From: a virus
Lineage: Duplodnaviria; Caudoviricetes
Virus record (IMG/VR): IMGVR_UViG_3300032219_002522
Coordinates: 1-64,000 of that record
DNA: 64,000 nt
Direction: 5' to 3' (one strand)
Under the pieces are notes generated by a model that was given only the letters and a program-made list of their open reading frames with translations, had not been told where the DNA came from and did no database searches. How positions within the stretch are numbered: position 1 is the first letter of the stretch; each line of letters starts with the position of its first letter. Of the stretch, positions 11,319 through 22,013 are shown one piece after another. The translations under genes were made by a program, and so were the position numbers.

Positions 11319-11849
11319 ATGGAAAAGGGAATGGGAGGTATTAAATATTTAAAGGATCTAATATCAAAATACCCCAACGATTTAGACTTAGGAAAAGCGG
11401 TAAGAAGTATAATTGTTAATGGGAATGTACCAAATGAAACACATCCATTACAGAAATCTACAGGAGTAGGACCAGTAATTGGAATTGACTTTGATGGAAC
11501 ATGTGTTAGTCACGAATTCCCGTATGTTGGTAAGGATATAGGATCAGTTCCAGTGCTTAAAAGAATGTGTGATTCTGGTAATAGATTAGTTCTGTGGACT
11601 ATGAGATCTGAAAAGTTTTTAAATGATGCTGTAAATTGGTTTAAAGAAAATGAAATTCCACTATGGGGAATACAAACTAATCCAATGCAATCTTCATGGA
11701 CATCCTCACCTAAAGCATATTGTGAGATCTATATAGATGATGCAGCTTTAGGATGTCCTTTAAGAATTGACATAGGAATATCTAATCGTCCTTTTGTAGA
11801 CTGGGAAATAGTGGAAAATGTTTTATTAGAAAGAAAAATAATAAAATGA
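11319..11849 (+). CDS. HAD-superfamily hydrolase (BT0820-like)
   Basis: IGIDFDGT, LVLWTMR, SPK.Y.EIYIDD. Confidence 0.8.
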   Translation: MEKGMGGIKYLKDLISKYPNDLDLGKAVRSIIVNGNVPNETHPLQKSTGVGPVIGIDFDGTCVSHEFPYVGKDIGSVPVLKRMCDSGNRLVLWTMRSEKFLNDAVNWFKENEIPLWGIQTNPMQSSWTSSPKAYCEIYIDDAALGCPLRIDIGISNRPFVDWEIVENVLLERKIIK

Positions 11850-12134
11850 CAACTGAAAAACACACAGATCCATTATACAATGATTGGGATGCTTTTACAG
11901 AGAATGATAATTGCGTATCCGTTAAGATAGAGGATTCTTTAGATATAGATGGATGTAAATTAATATTTAGAGGTAAAGATCGTGAACCTCTTATAGAAAT
12001 GAAAGTGAACTCTAGGGATATTCACATTTGTATGTTAATAGGCAATCCGATATTTATAGAACTACATACCGTATCAGGAGTATCTGTTAAGTATATAAAA
12101 GGATCTGGAAAGGAACTTTATAAGCAGATAAATC

Positions 12135-12659
12135 TTGAAGGAAGAAGTAATTAAATATTATGCTGGGATAGGATCAAGAGAAACCCCTCCAGGAATAGAA
12201 CCTTTAATTGAGGAGTTATCTGGATTTCTCCCTAGATTCGGATACGTTTTAAGATCAGGCGGAGCTCCTGGTGCTGATTCTATGTTTGATAAGCACTACA
12301 AAGGAGATAAGGAAATATATCTTCCATGGAAAGGCTTTAACGAAAACAATTCATCGTTATATTTAGATAATATGGATCCAGAGATAGTATCAAGAGCCCA
12401 AGAAATAGCTAGGAAATACCATCCTGCTTGGAATAACTTATCTCACGCAGCAAAAAAGCTAATGACGAGAAACACTTTTCAGATACTGGGGTATGATTTA
12501 AACACCCCGGTTTCTTTTGTTGTATGTTGGACATTAGGAGGAAAAATACAAGGAGGAACCGGACAGGCATTAAGAATAGCTAAAGATATGAATATTCCTA
12601 TATTCAATCTTTATAACAAGGATTGCTTATATAAAATTAAACTAGAAATAAACAAATAA
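12135..12659 (+). CDS. SLOG/DprA-like Rossmann-fold protein
   Basis: YAGIGSRETP, LRSGGAPGAD, RN.FQILG, GGTGQALRIA. Confidence 0.75.
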   Translation: MKEEVIKYYAGIGSRETPPGIEPLIEELSGFLPRFGYVLRSGGAPGADSMFDKHYKGDKEIYLPWKGFNENNSSLYLDNMDPEIVSRAQEIARKYHPAWNNLSHAAKKLMTRNTFQILGYDLNTPVSFVVCWTLGGKIQGGTGQALRIAKDMNIPIFNLYNKDCLYKIKLEINK

Positions 12660-13232
12660 ATGGCAGACACAATAAATTTACCAAACCCGAAAGAAAGAAA
12701 TCTTTTCTTTGATCGACAAGTTAATCAATCTTCTATAAATGCTCTTTCTAAAGATATTATAGAAATTGGTGAGCACGATGAGTATATTAAAAAAATATAC
12801 GAAGCTCATGATCTTATTTATAAACCAAAGCCGATTAAAATCTATATAGATTCATATGGCGGATATGTTTACCAGTGCTTAGGATTAATTGGAATAATGA
12901 GAACATGTAAGACCGATATTCATACAATAGTAACTGGATGCGCAATGTCATGTGGATTTCTTATAGCTATCTCAGGTAAAAAAAGATTCGGATACGAAAG
13001 ATCCACTTATCTATATCACCAAGTTGCTGGCGGAGCTTTCGGTAAGGTAAAAGACATAGAGGAAGAACTAGTTGAAATCCTAAGATTACAAGAAAATATA
13101 GAGGATATAACACTAGAGAGTACATCTATAACAAAGAAAATGCTAGAAAGAGCTTATAAGTCTAAAAAGGATTGGTACATAACTAGCGATGAAGCAGTAA
13201 AACTAAGGGTAATCGATGAAATAATATCTTAA
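12660..13232 (+). CDS. clpP: ClpP-like protease subunit
   Basis: PIKIYIDSYGG, G.AMSCGFLI, YLYHQ, DWYITSDEA..L..IDEI. Confidence 0.8.
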   Translation: MADTINLPNPKERNLFFDRQVNQSSINALSKDIIEIGEHDEYIKKIYEAHDLIYKPKPIKIYIDSYGGYVYQCLGLIGIMRTCKTDIHTIVTGCAMSCGFLIAISGKKRFGYERSTYLYHQVAGGAFGKVKDIEEELVEILRLQENIEDITLESTSITKKMLERAYKSKKDWYITSDEAVKLRVIDEIIS

Positions 13233-14659
13233 TGGAAGAGGACAAAGTAATCCCTAGGCCTATTGTTGATCTATCTTCTCTAAATAAAGATCAAAGAAAA
13301 GCTTTTGATGGGCTTAAGGATTTTATATATAACAAAAAAGACGATAATATTTATGTTCTAAAAGGATGGGCAGGAACGGGTAAGACGTATTGCGTTAGTA
13401 TACTTGTTAGATATGTTCTTGATGTTATTTATCCGGATAAGAATTGGTATAAAATAGCAGTTACTGGCCCAACTAATAAATCTGTTAGGGTAATTAAGAA
13501 AACTACAGGTATAAGAAATCCTAGAGTTATTTTCCAAACCATACATAAAATGCTTGGCTTAACTGAAAGAATAACTCAGGATGGGCAGCAAGAGTTTGTA
13601 AACCAGGGTGATTTTGTTCCGCAGATAGAGAAGATCAAGCTACTTATTATAGACGAAGTATCTATGCTTAATGATGATTTATTCCATGAGATATTAAGAT
13701 ACAGAGATAGAGTTAAGATTATATGTATGGGAGATCCTGCTCAGATACCCCCAGTAGGTAAACCTGATTGCATACCATTCCGCTACGAATTTTCTGAAAT
13801 GTATGGTATAAAAACAATAGATCTAAAAACTATAATGCGTCAGAAGGGAGATAATCCAATCATAAATACTTCTGTTACTATAAGAAACGATCTAGAGAAT
13901 CCTTATGTTGATACAGGAAACGATACTAAATTAAATGAGAGGGGCGAGGGTATAGAGATAATAAATATAAACTCTAGTGAAAGAAGAGTTACTTTTACTG
14001 ATATACTATCTAGTTACTTTAAAACTGATGAGTTTAAAGAGGATTCTGAATACTCCAAGATAATAGCATGGAGAAATAAGACCGTAGAAACTATGAACAA
14101 TCTTGTTAGAAAGGTTATTTACGGGGAAGAGAATATAGGATCTAAGATATTAGTAGGAGAAAAGCTAATAGCCAATAATCCTATTATGGATATGAATCAG
14201 ATTCTATTTAATACAAATGATGAATTTAGTGTTGAAAATTTCGAGATAAAAACAGAGAAGATTAGAGTAGAAGGTGAGGAGGGTGTTTTGAAATACTATG
14301 AAACTGGAGTAATATATTTAAATGACGACGACAAAAAAGTTTGTTATTATATAGACATACTTCATGAGGATAGTGAATCTTACTTTAATGTTCTAGCTGG
14401 TAAGCTTAAGAAGATAGCTATAGAAAAAAGAGGTAAAGAAAAATCATGGATAAAGTACTATGATTTCATAAGAAGATTTGCCGATGTTAGTTATGCCTAT
14501 GCTATAACAGCTCACAAATCTCAAGGAAGCACATATAATACAGCATTTGTTTTAGAGGACGACATAGATGTTAATACTAATATAGTAGAAAGGAATAGAA
14601 TAAAATATACCGCATTTACTAGATCTAGTAAAAAATTATATGTTTTGAAAAGATTTTAG
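13232..14659 (+). CDS. Dda/RecD-like SF1B DNA helicase
   Basis: GWAGTGKT, IIDEVSM, GDPAQIPPV, YAITAHKSQGSTY, YTAFTR. Confidence 0.92.
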   Translation: MEEDKVIPRPIVDLSSLNKDQRKAFDGLKDFIYNKKDDNIYVLKGWAGTGKTYCVSILVRYVLDVIYPDKNWYKIAVTGPTNKSVRVIKKTTGIRNPRVIFQTIHKMLGLTERITQDGQQEFVNQGDFVPQIEKIKLLIIDEVSMLNDDLFHEILRYRDRVKIICMGDPAQIPPVGKPDCIPFRYEFSEMYGIKTIDLKTIMRQKGDNPIINTSVTIRNDLENPYVDTGNDTKLNERGEGIEIININSSERRVTFTDILSSYFKTDEFKEDSEYSKIIAWRNKTVETMNNLVRKVIYGEENIGSKILVGEKLIANNPIMDMNQILFNTNDEFSVENFEIKTEKIRVEGEEGVLKYYETGVIYLNDDDKKVCYYIDILHEDSESYFNVLAGKLKKIAIEKRGKEKSWIKYYDFIRRFADVSYAYAITAHKSQGSTYNTAFVLEDDIDVNTNIVERNRIKYTAFTRSSKKLYVLKRF

Positions 14660-15543
14660 GTATAAAAATACCGACATTAAATAATAAAAATATATGAGAC
14701 CAGATAATCTAAAAATAAATCACACATTAGCAATTTTCTTTGCGATAGGTATAGCAGAAGCAGTAGCTACTTTTGTGGGCCTAAAGCTATCAATTTTATC
14801 GTTGATTTATTCTATTGGATTAATTGTTATAATATTTAATTTCTCTAAGCTAAAGGAAGGAAAATATATATGGGAACCAGGATTAGGTCTGATAGGTATT
14901 TTTGCACTTCTATATCTTCTATTTATGATGATAGGTTATAAGGTTAGTTTTTTCGAAAAGCTATCAGCATCTGTTGATTTCCTAGTCTGGATTAGATGTA
15001 TAAAATATCTTTCCGAGGATAAAGATGACCCAATTGATGATGAAACGGAACAAGAAATAAATGATGAAGATGGAAATATCCAAAAAATATAGACATATAG
15101 GATATTCATATCCAGGAGTTCCTAAGGGATGGAAGCCTATAGTAGAAAAAGCTATAGTTGATATAGAAAAAGAGATGTGGCCTAGATGTATTCCTCTGTT
15201 TATAAAAAGATGGATACACTATTTAGCTACAGGGAATTCTGTTGTTAGAGTTAGATCCAATTTTTGGTATTCAGTTAGAAAAAAACTTACTAGAGGACAA
15301 ATTATAACAGATATTAAGGATAAATTCGCTAGTCTTAGAATATATGGATGCTATGGCGATGAAATAGATGAAATCATAACAAAAGCTGAAGATGAATGCT
15401 ACGAAACGTGTGAAAAATGCGGTAGCAAACAAAAAGTTAAAGCTTTTGGGAAAGGATGGATTTATAATCTATGTAAATCTTGTAGATATGGTAAAAAGAA
15501 GTGATTCTTTTTTATTTATATTTTTTTAATCTAGCTTTGTAGT

Positions 15544-16365
15544 ATGAAAAAAATCCTAACTATAGGAGATGTTCACGGAAGAGATCGTTGGATGTTTCAT
15601 ACGCACGGAAGCCCTTATGAATTTAATCATTGGATGACAATGATAGAGAATGGTGTTCCTGCGGATGAGAAAGAATTCTGGGCAGAAATGCCTTACATTA
15701 ATTATGATCAGATTATTTTTGTTGGTGATTATGTGGATAGCTATGATCTTAATAATGTAATAATCCTTGATAATCTTAAAAAGATACTTTTCTTAAAGAA
15801 AGCATTACCCGATAAGGTTGTACTTCTATTAGGAAATCACGATATCCAATATTTTGTTCCTAATGAAATATGTAGCGGATATAGACCAGAAATGAAACCT
15901 GATCTATATCAGATATTTATTGAAAATAAGGATCTATTTAAGGTTGCTCATTTAGAGAAAGATAATACTGGTGTTAAGTATTTATGGACACATGCTGGGG
16001 TTACTAGCGGATGGCTAAAAGATACTCGTAAAGATATCAATAATCCAAGATATAGGCATTATGAAATAACTAAGGATTTTGATACTGAGGACATAGAAAA
16101 ATTTCTAAATGACTTGTTTGAGCTCAGGGTTGATAATATATTTAATGTTGATACACATAGCGGAGGTTATAGCTTATGGGCTGGTCCATTATGGGTTAGA
16201 CCAACAATTTTAAACGACTATCCTCTAGAAGGGGTTAACCAAATAGTAGGACATACCCCACAGAGAATGGTAAAGGATATTGTGTGTGGCGATGTTACCC
16301 ACTATTTAGTAGATTGTCTATGGGAAGATTGTGACGATGTTTTAATTTTAGATTTAGAAGTATGA
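15544..16365 (+). CDS. Calcineurin-like metallophosphoesterase
   Basis: GDVHG, GDYVD, GNHD, THAG, GPLWVR, VGHT. Confidence 0.88.
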   Translation: MKKILTIGDVHGRDRWMFHTHGSPYEFNHWMTMIENGVPADEKEFWAEMPYINYDQIIFVGDYVDSYDLNNVIILDNLKKILFLKKALPDKVVLLLGNHDIQYFVPNEICSGYRPEMKPDLYQIFIENKDLFKVAHLEKDNTGVKYLWTHAGVTSGWLKDTRKDINNPRYRHYEITKDFDTEDIEKFLNDLFELRVDNIFNVDTHSGGYSLWAGPLWVRPTILNDYPLEGVNQIVGHTPQRMVKDIVCGDVTHYLVDCLWEDCDDVLILDLEV

Positions 16366-16513
16366 TAAAGAAGTATATTTTCCCTATTATTATATTAATA
16401 GGGTTAATCGTTAGTAACATTCTGTGTTATAAATACAATGGTAGAATTTTACACACATCGACTAATATAGTTATGTTTCTTTTAATAGGTTTTAATTTTA
16501 TTAAACCTAAGAT

Positions 16514-16837
16514 ATGATAAGGAAATTCAAATTCTATAAAGAGGAAGACAATAAATGGTTTGTGGATCTTCCTGAATGGGTGGGAGAAAAAGAAGATCTT
16601 GAAATGGTCCTGGGAGCAGATATTCTTTTGGAGATATTATCAGGGGAATCTGACTATTGTTTTGTTACTTTCGCGGATGAACCATTTGAAGATGCTAAGG
16701 TCCTTTCTTATGATTATAATGAATCTAGCGCGGGTTATTATAACAATGATGCTTGGCATGGTCCGTCAACAATTTGGCTGTGTTATGTTACTGAATTTGT
16801 CTTTGGTAAATATCCGGAAAAAATCTATTATAAATAG
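16514..16837 (+). CDS. Conserved phage/Bacteroidota hypothetical protein (DUF6717-like)
   Basis: W.VDLPEW...DLEMV.GAD.LL...WLC.VT.FVFG.YPEKIY. Confidence 0.55.
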   Translation: MIRKFKFYKEEDNKWFVDLPEWVGEKEDLEMVLGADILLEILSGESDYCFVTFADEPFEDAKVLSYDYNESSAGYYNNDAWHGPSTIWLCYVTEFVFGKYPEKIYYK

Positions 16838-16895
16838 ATAATTCTATCCTTATTTTTTAATATCCAGGGGGATATATAGAATAAAAATATCCCGG

Positions 16896-18515
16896 GTGAG
16901 AAAAATTGGACTAATACTTTCTGTATCTTCTGCTGCTATTATTATGGCAGTATTTTTTGTGATAAAAACATCAGTCACATTTGGTATAGTAAAAGATTCG
17001 GATTTTTATAATTATGTTGAATATTTATGCTTTCTTCTTTTTTGTATACCTGCATATTTTATAGTAAAGATTTTTTTAAATAAAGCATCTGAAGAATCTA
17101 ATAAATTATTGGACCAGATGATTGAGAATGAAAAATTCCTCGATGCTTCATCTATTATTTCCGTTGCAGATTCCAAAGGAAAAATAACATACGTGAATCA
17201 AAGATTTACAGATGTTTCTGGGTATTCTTTAGATGAAGTTATAGGAAAAGATCATAATGTAGTAAATTCAGGTACACATCCCAAAGAGTTTTGGACCGAT
17301 ATGTACAAGACCGTTGTAGCAGATAAAAAAATATGGAATGCAGTTTGTACGAATAGAGCTAAAGATGGAAGCTTATATTATGTTGATACTTTTATTAAAG
17401 CTAGATTTGATGAAAATAATAAACTTATTGGCTTCTCTTCTATAAGACAAGATGTAACAGAATTAAAAAGAAAAGAGACAGAGATATCTAACAGAATGAA
17501 TGCAATTAATAGGTCGAATGCTGTTATTGAATTTGATCTAGATGGCAATATAAAATTTGCAAATAATGCGTTTTTAGATACGATAGGATATTCACATGAT
17601 GAGATTGTTGGAAAACACCATAGTTTATTCGTAGAGGATTCTGTAAAAGATACTGAAGAATATAAAGATTTTTGGAAATCACTAAAGGAAGGGAATTTCT
17701 TTAGAGGAGAGATTATAAGGAGGAAAAAAAATGGAAAATTAATCCATTTACAAGCAACATATAATCCTATTATAGGTAATGATGAAAAACCTTACCGTAT
17801 AATGAAAATTGCTACCGATATTACAGAAATCTTTAATCAACAAAAAGAGATAGAAAAGAAAAATACTTATCTTGAGCATGCTGCTAAGATTCTTAGACAT
17901 GACATGCACAGTGGAATCAACACATATATGCCTAGGGGATTAAGTTCTTTAGATAGACGTTTATCGGAAGATAATATTAAAGAACTTAAAATAGAAGCTC
18001 CTATTAAGATGATTAAGGAGGGACTTCGCCACACACAGAAGGTTTATAAAGGAGTTTACGAGTTTACAAATCTTGTAAAGAAAGATGTAGTACTTAATAG
18101 AGCAGAATGTAATTTGAAAGATATACTAGAGGATTACTTATCTGCAACTGCATATAGACCTCAGGTTGATCTATCGGATCTGGATTATTTAAGCGTAAAT
18201 GAGGCTCTTTTTTGTACAGCATTGGATAATTTAATAAGAAACGGATTAAAGTACAATGACAGTAATAATAAGATAGTAAAAATATACAGAATAGATGATA
18301 TATTATATGTAGAAGATAATGGTAGGGGATTAAGTTCTGAGGAGTTTAAACTTCTTTCCCAACCATATACTAGAAAAGAAGGTCAGAAAGAATCTGGTAC
18401 TGGCCTTGGATTAAATATATGTATAGCAATACTTGAGGAACACGGGTTCAGTGTCTCTTGTGATAAACTTCCAGAGATTGGAAGTCAAATAAAAATAAAT
18501 TTAAAAAATGATTGA
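16896..18515 (+). CDS. Membrane PAS-PAS sensor histidine kinase
   Basis: Two TM helices, two PAS/PAC repeats, H-box LRHDMHSG, N-box NLIRNGLKY, VEDNGRG, GTGLGL. Confidence 0.92.
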   Translation: MRKIGLILSVSSAAIIMAVFFVIKTSVTFGIVKDSDFYNYVEYLCFLLFCIPAYFIVKIFLNKASEESNKLLDQMIENEKFLDASSIISVADSKGKITYVNQRFTDVSGYSLDEVIGKDHNVVNSGTHPKEFWTDMYKTVVADKKIWNAVCTNRAKDGSLYYVDTFIKARFDENNKLIGFSSIRQDVTELKRKETEISNRMNAINRSNAVIEFDLDGNIKFANNAFLDTIGYSHDEIVGKHHSLFVEDSVKDTEEYKDFWKSLKEGNFFRGEIIRRKKNGKLIHLQATYNPIIGNDEKPYRIMKIATDITEIFNQQKEIEKKNTYLEHAAKILRHDMHSGINTYMPRGLSSLDRRLSEDNIKELKIEAPIKMIKEGLRHTQKVYKGVYEFTNLVKKDVVLNRAECNLKDILEDYLSATAYRPQVDLSDLDYLSVNEALFCTALDNLIRNGLKYNDSNNKIVKIYRIDDILYVEDNGRGLSSEEFKLLSQPYTRKEGQKESGTGLGLNICIAILEEHGFSVSCDKLPEIGSQIKINLKND

Positions 18516-18939
18516 TTCGATTTTATTAGTAGATGATGAGAGCTTATTCCATCTTGTATTTGAAGACGCTTGTAGTCTTTTGGATATTTCACTTTCTTTA
18601 GAAAGTATAGATAGCTCGGACGAAGCTGCTAAACTTTTTGAGGGATGGCAGAAAGATTCTGACGGTAAGCCAGAGTGTGTATTTGTGGATCTAAATATAA
18701 TTGGTTCTTCTTATGATGGTATTGAATTAATACGTAAGATCAATTTTGAATATGGTAATAATGTTGTAATTGGTATAATATCCTCATCTAATGAACCGGA
18801 AGAACAAGCTAAAGCGGTTAAAGCAGGTGCTCAATTTTGGATTATAAAATCTGATGACATCGAGCCAAGATTAGAGGATTTTAAAAATGATTTTCCTGGG
18901 TACAAGAATAGAACAAATCCTTTTAAGATTTATAAATAA
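18508..18939 (+). CDS. Single-domain response regulator (receiver)
   Basis: ILLVDD, VFVDLN..DG, ISSS, IIKS; overlaps the kinase stop codon. Confidence 0.9.
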   Translation: MIDSILLVDDESLFHLVFEDACSLLDISLSLESIDSSDEAAKLFEGWQKDSDGKPECVFVDLNIIGSSYDGIELIRKINFEYGNNVVIGIISSSNEPEEQAKAVKAGAQFWIIKSDDIEPRLEDFKNDFPGYKNRTNPFKIYK

Positions 18940-19514
18940 TGAAGGTCGAAAAATCAGTTAGAGATTGCTTATTAGAGATTCAAAAAACGAAGAGAATAAG
19001 CTTAGAAGGTAATATACTGAAGTTAATCGAGGCTGAGGATGGAGATACTGAATTTAAAAATTATCTCACTAGCTCCATAGAAAAAGATAAAGAAGGTAGA
19101 AAGAAAAGACTTGAGATAACTAAGCAAGTACAGGAAAGAAATAAAGAGTTACAAGCTTCAGAAGAGGAAAATATAAGAATAAACGCGGAACTAAAGATTG
19201 CATTAGATGAAGCTGAAATAGCTAAAAATGAAGCACTAGAAGCAAAAGATATTGCATTGAATGATTTAGATGTAATACAAAAAAAATCTCAAACTGAACT
19301 TATAGGGACTATAGTAAAGGTTGCTCTTCTTGTTATTATTAGTGTTGGTGTCATCACTACTATTATGTATGCAATTGCAATGATGACAGGGAAAGATACT
19401 CAGATAATAGGATCTACGTGGAGTAATATGTTCGGTATTCTCCTAACCAACGCATTTTCAATAGTTGGTACTATCATGGGGGTTAAATACGCCAGCGAGA
19501 AAAAAGACAATTAA
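18939..19514 (+). CDS. Coiled-coil protein with two C-terminal TM helices, coupled to the two-component pair
   Basis: TAATG stop/start overlap; heptad region then hydrophobic helices. Confidence 0.7.
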   Translation: MKVEKSVRDCLLEIQKTKRISLEGNILKLIEAEDGDTEFKNYLTSSIEKDKEGRKKRLEITKQVQERNKELQASEEENIRINAELKIALDEAEIAKNEALEAKDIALNDLDVIQKKSQTELIGTIVKVALLVIISVGVITTIMYAIAMMTGKDTQIIGSTWSNMFGILLTNAFSIVGTIMGVKYASEKKDN

Positions 19515-19527
19515 AAAATTATCGGAT

Positions 19528-19605
19528 AAAAAAAGAGAGCCAGGACGGTTGCGATTTATCCTGGCCCTCGATGATACTTGCGTAACATCACGGTCCTAAG
19601 CCGTG
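19528..19605 (-). ncRNA. Candidate three-hairpin structured RNA ending in an intrinsic terminator
   Basis: Minus strand: CACGG-CTTAGGA-CCGTG; GATG-TTAC-GCAA-GTA-T-CATC; GAGGGCCAGGA..TCCTGGCTCTC-T7. Confidence 0.45.
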
Positions 19606-20081
19606 TAAGATTTTTTATTTCTTTTATTATCTATTATCATATATCTTACAAGAAGATATAAATGAGCTAAACATAAAGAAGTGATAGCAAATATTTCAGC
19701 ATATAAGATACTATTTATTAGTAATACAACTGATAAAGTGTACGGAATTAATACCCAACGTATTTTTCTGTTTAAATAAATTGGATAAAGATTAAATAAG
19801 AAGAAAGCTATTGCAAATATACTATGAAGGTTAACAAAACTTTCGACAGAAAATGCAGTTAAAAATAGAAGAAGAATTGCAGATATTCTCCATCTTTTTA
19901 CAGAGAATAAAAGATAAGAAGTTGAAGCATTAACTATAATAAATAAAGGTTGCATTTGAGTCTCCCAATATGATGATATTGAAGGTAATTCTCCTACGAT
20001 GTTAATATAAACAAATGGAGAAATTAAAGAGGATACTATAACAAGGATCCTTAGTATGAAATCTTTATCTATTGGATTCAT
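19596..20081 (-). CDS. Multi-pass membrane protein
   Basis: Five to six hydrophobic helices; SISSYW and LHSIFA motifs. Confidence 0.65.
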   Translation of the reverse strand: MNPIDKDFILRILVIVSSLISPFVYINIVGELPSISSYWETQMQPLFIIVNASTSYLLFSVKRWRISAILLLFLTAFSVESFVNLHSIFAIAFFLFNLYPIYLNRKIRWVLIPYTLSVVLLINSILYAEIFAITSLCLAHLYLLVRYMIIDNKRNKKSYTA

Positions 20082-20581
20082 ATAAGATATGTATTCCTAC
20101 ATATGAAAATAAAATCTGAAATCTTCGAAGAAATACTAGATAAAAACCCTACATTAACGGGTAGGAGAAAAATCCTATTTGATACTATGAGAAAACTTTA
20201 TCCAAATGGTAAAAAAGAATCACAGGTAAAATTTTGCTTAGAATTATCAGTGGATCGAGTAGAATATTATATTAAAAAAGTATTTATAAAAAAATGAAAA
20301 AAATCGCATTATTATTTTTGATCATTATAGTTTCCTCGTGTAAAATTAAGAATAAGGAGGAGATACATCATGATTGTACTGTAACTTCATGTGAAGTGGT
20401 TCCTAAAGTATCTGTTCTTGACGATATAAACAGGACCTCATATAGAGTAAAAACTTCTTGTGGAGAAAGAGTATTTATTGTTTATCGTAAATATAACATA
20501 GGAGATTCAGTAACACTTACGGAGGTTATTATAAAGGATTAGAATATCAAATAGAGATATATAATAAAAAATATATCTCTT

Positions 20582-21394
20582 ATGTTACTTAAACTAGGTT
20601 CTAAAGGAGTTGAAGTTGAAAAGCTTCAAAATTTCCTAGGTCTTCCAATAAACGGAAATTTCGACGAATCCGTAGACAAAGCACTAAAAGCTTGGCAAAA
20701 AAATAACGGTCTTAAAGACGACGGAGTAGCAGGACCAGTTACTCTTAAAAAAATGGGTATCTTATTAGAATCTGATATCCCTGTTCCATCTTCAGCATTT
20801 AAATTAGAAAAACTAAAAGGACACGTTCCTGATTCTGTAATTGCACAAATTCCAGATACTGCTGCTAAATTCGGAATAACTAATACCCTTAGATTAGCTC
20901 ATTTTCTTTCACAGTGTGGACACGAATCTGGAGGATTCAAAGCAGTTTCAGAAAATCTTAATTATTCAGCAGACGGTTTAAAAAAGATATTTGGTAAATA
21001 TTTTCCTGGAAATCTTAACGAGTCTTATGCAAGACAACCGGAGAAAATTGCAGCTAGAGTATACGGAAGTCGTATGGGAAATGGAGATGAGTCATCTAAA
21101 GACGGATGGAAATACCGCGGAAGAGGCTACATCCAATTAACAGGAAAATCAAACTATAGCGAATTCGATAAAATTGTCGAGGATGATATTACAAATAATC
21201 CTGATCTAGTAGCAACTAAATATCCACTAATGTCAGCAGCATTCTTTTTCAATAAAAACGGGCTTTGGTCTATATGTGATAAAGGAGCAGACGATGCAAC
21301 GGTTACAGCTGTAACTAAAAGAGTTAATGGAGGTACTATAGGACTTGCAGATAGAATAAAGCACTTTAAAGAGTATTACGCTCTTCTTAAATAA
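20582..21394 (+). CDS. Endolysin: peptidoglycan-binding domain + GH19 lysozyme/chitinase domain
   Basis: LKLGSKG..V..LQ..DG.AGP.T; RLAHFLSQCGHESGGF, ENLNYS, YRGRGYIQLTGK.NY, TKRVNGG. Confidence 0.92.
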   Translation: MLLKLGSKGVEVEKLQNFLGLPINGNFDESVDKALKAWQKNNGLKDDGVAGPVTLKKMGILLESDIPVPSSAFKLEKLKGHVPDSVIAQIPDTAAKFGITNTLRLAHFLSQCGHESGGFKAVSENLNYSADGLKKIFGKYFPGNLNESYARQPEKIAARVYGSRMGNGDESSKDGWKYRGRGYIQLTGKSNYSEFDKIVEDDITNNPDLVATKYPLMSAAFFFNKNGLWSICDKGADDATVTAVTKRVNGGTIGLADRIKHFKEYYALLK

Positions 21395-21403
21395 TTAAAA
21401 TAA

Positions 21404-22009
21404 ATGTATACAAGAGAACAGATTGAAAAAGCGGTTAAAGCAAAAGGATACGTTTGGTTTGAAGACACAGCAAACAAAACGTATGATGTAAATATAGTTG
21501 GAGTAAGAAACAACGCTCCTTCAGTTGCAAAAAAAGTAACAAATGTATTTGACGATCACTTGACTTTATCATTTAAAGACGAAAAAGGAGTTCCTCAGTA
21601 CTATTGCTGGATGGCTACTTGCGATCCTGGTAAAAAAGGGGTTATGGAATTCCATAATAATAAAGGAGTTGCAAGATTAGTTCCTGGACAATATAGGGGT
21701 GTTTGGAAAATAGACAAACACCAAGGAAAATACGATGCACTTTGTCAAAGAAACGGTAATGTCACTGTTTGGAGAGACAAAAACCGGGATTTATTATTCG
21801 AGGAGAAAGTTACAGATACAGGTATGTTTGGTATAAATATACATAAAGCTGGACAAGATTCTACTTGGGTGGAAAACTGGAGTGAAGGATGCCAAGTATT
21901 TAAAAGAGTTAAAGATTTTGATGTATTTATGTCTATCTGTAAAAAAGCAGCTAAGATTCACGGTAATAAATTTTCTTATACACTTTTAGAATCAACTGAC
22001 ATAATATAA
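21404..22009 (+). CDS. Putative peptidoglycan peptidase (L,D-transpeptidase-like His/Cys motif)
   Basis: NIVGVRN, FGINIHKA, WSEGCQV; adjacent to the endolysin. Confidence 0.55.
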   Translation: MYTREQIEKAVKAKGYVWFEDTANKTYDVNIVGVRNNAPSVAKKVTNVFDDHLTLSFKDEKGVPQYYCWMATCDPGKKGVMEFHNNKGVARLVPGQYRGVWKIDKHQGKYDALCQRNGNVTVWRDKNRDLLFEEKVTDTGMFGINIHKAGQDSTWVENWSEGCQVFKRVKDFDVFMSICKKAAKIHGNKFSYTLLESTDII

Positions 22010-22013
22010 ATTT

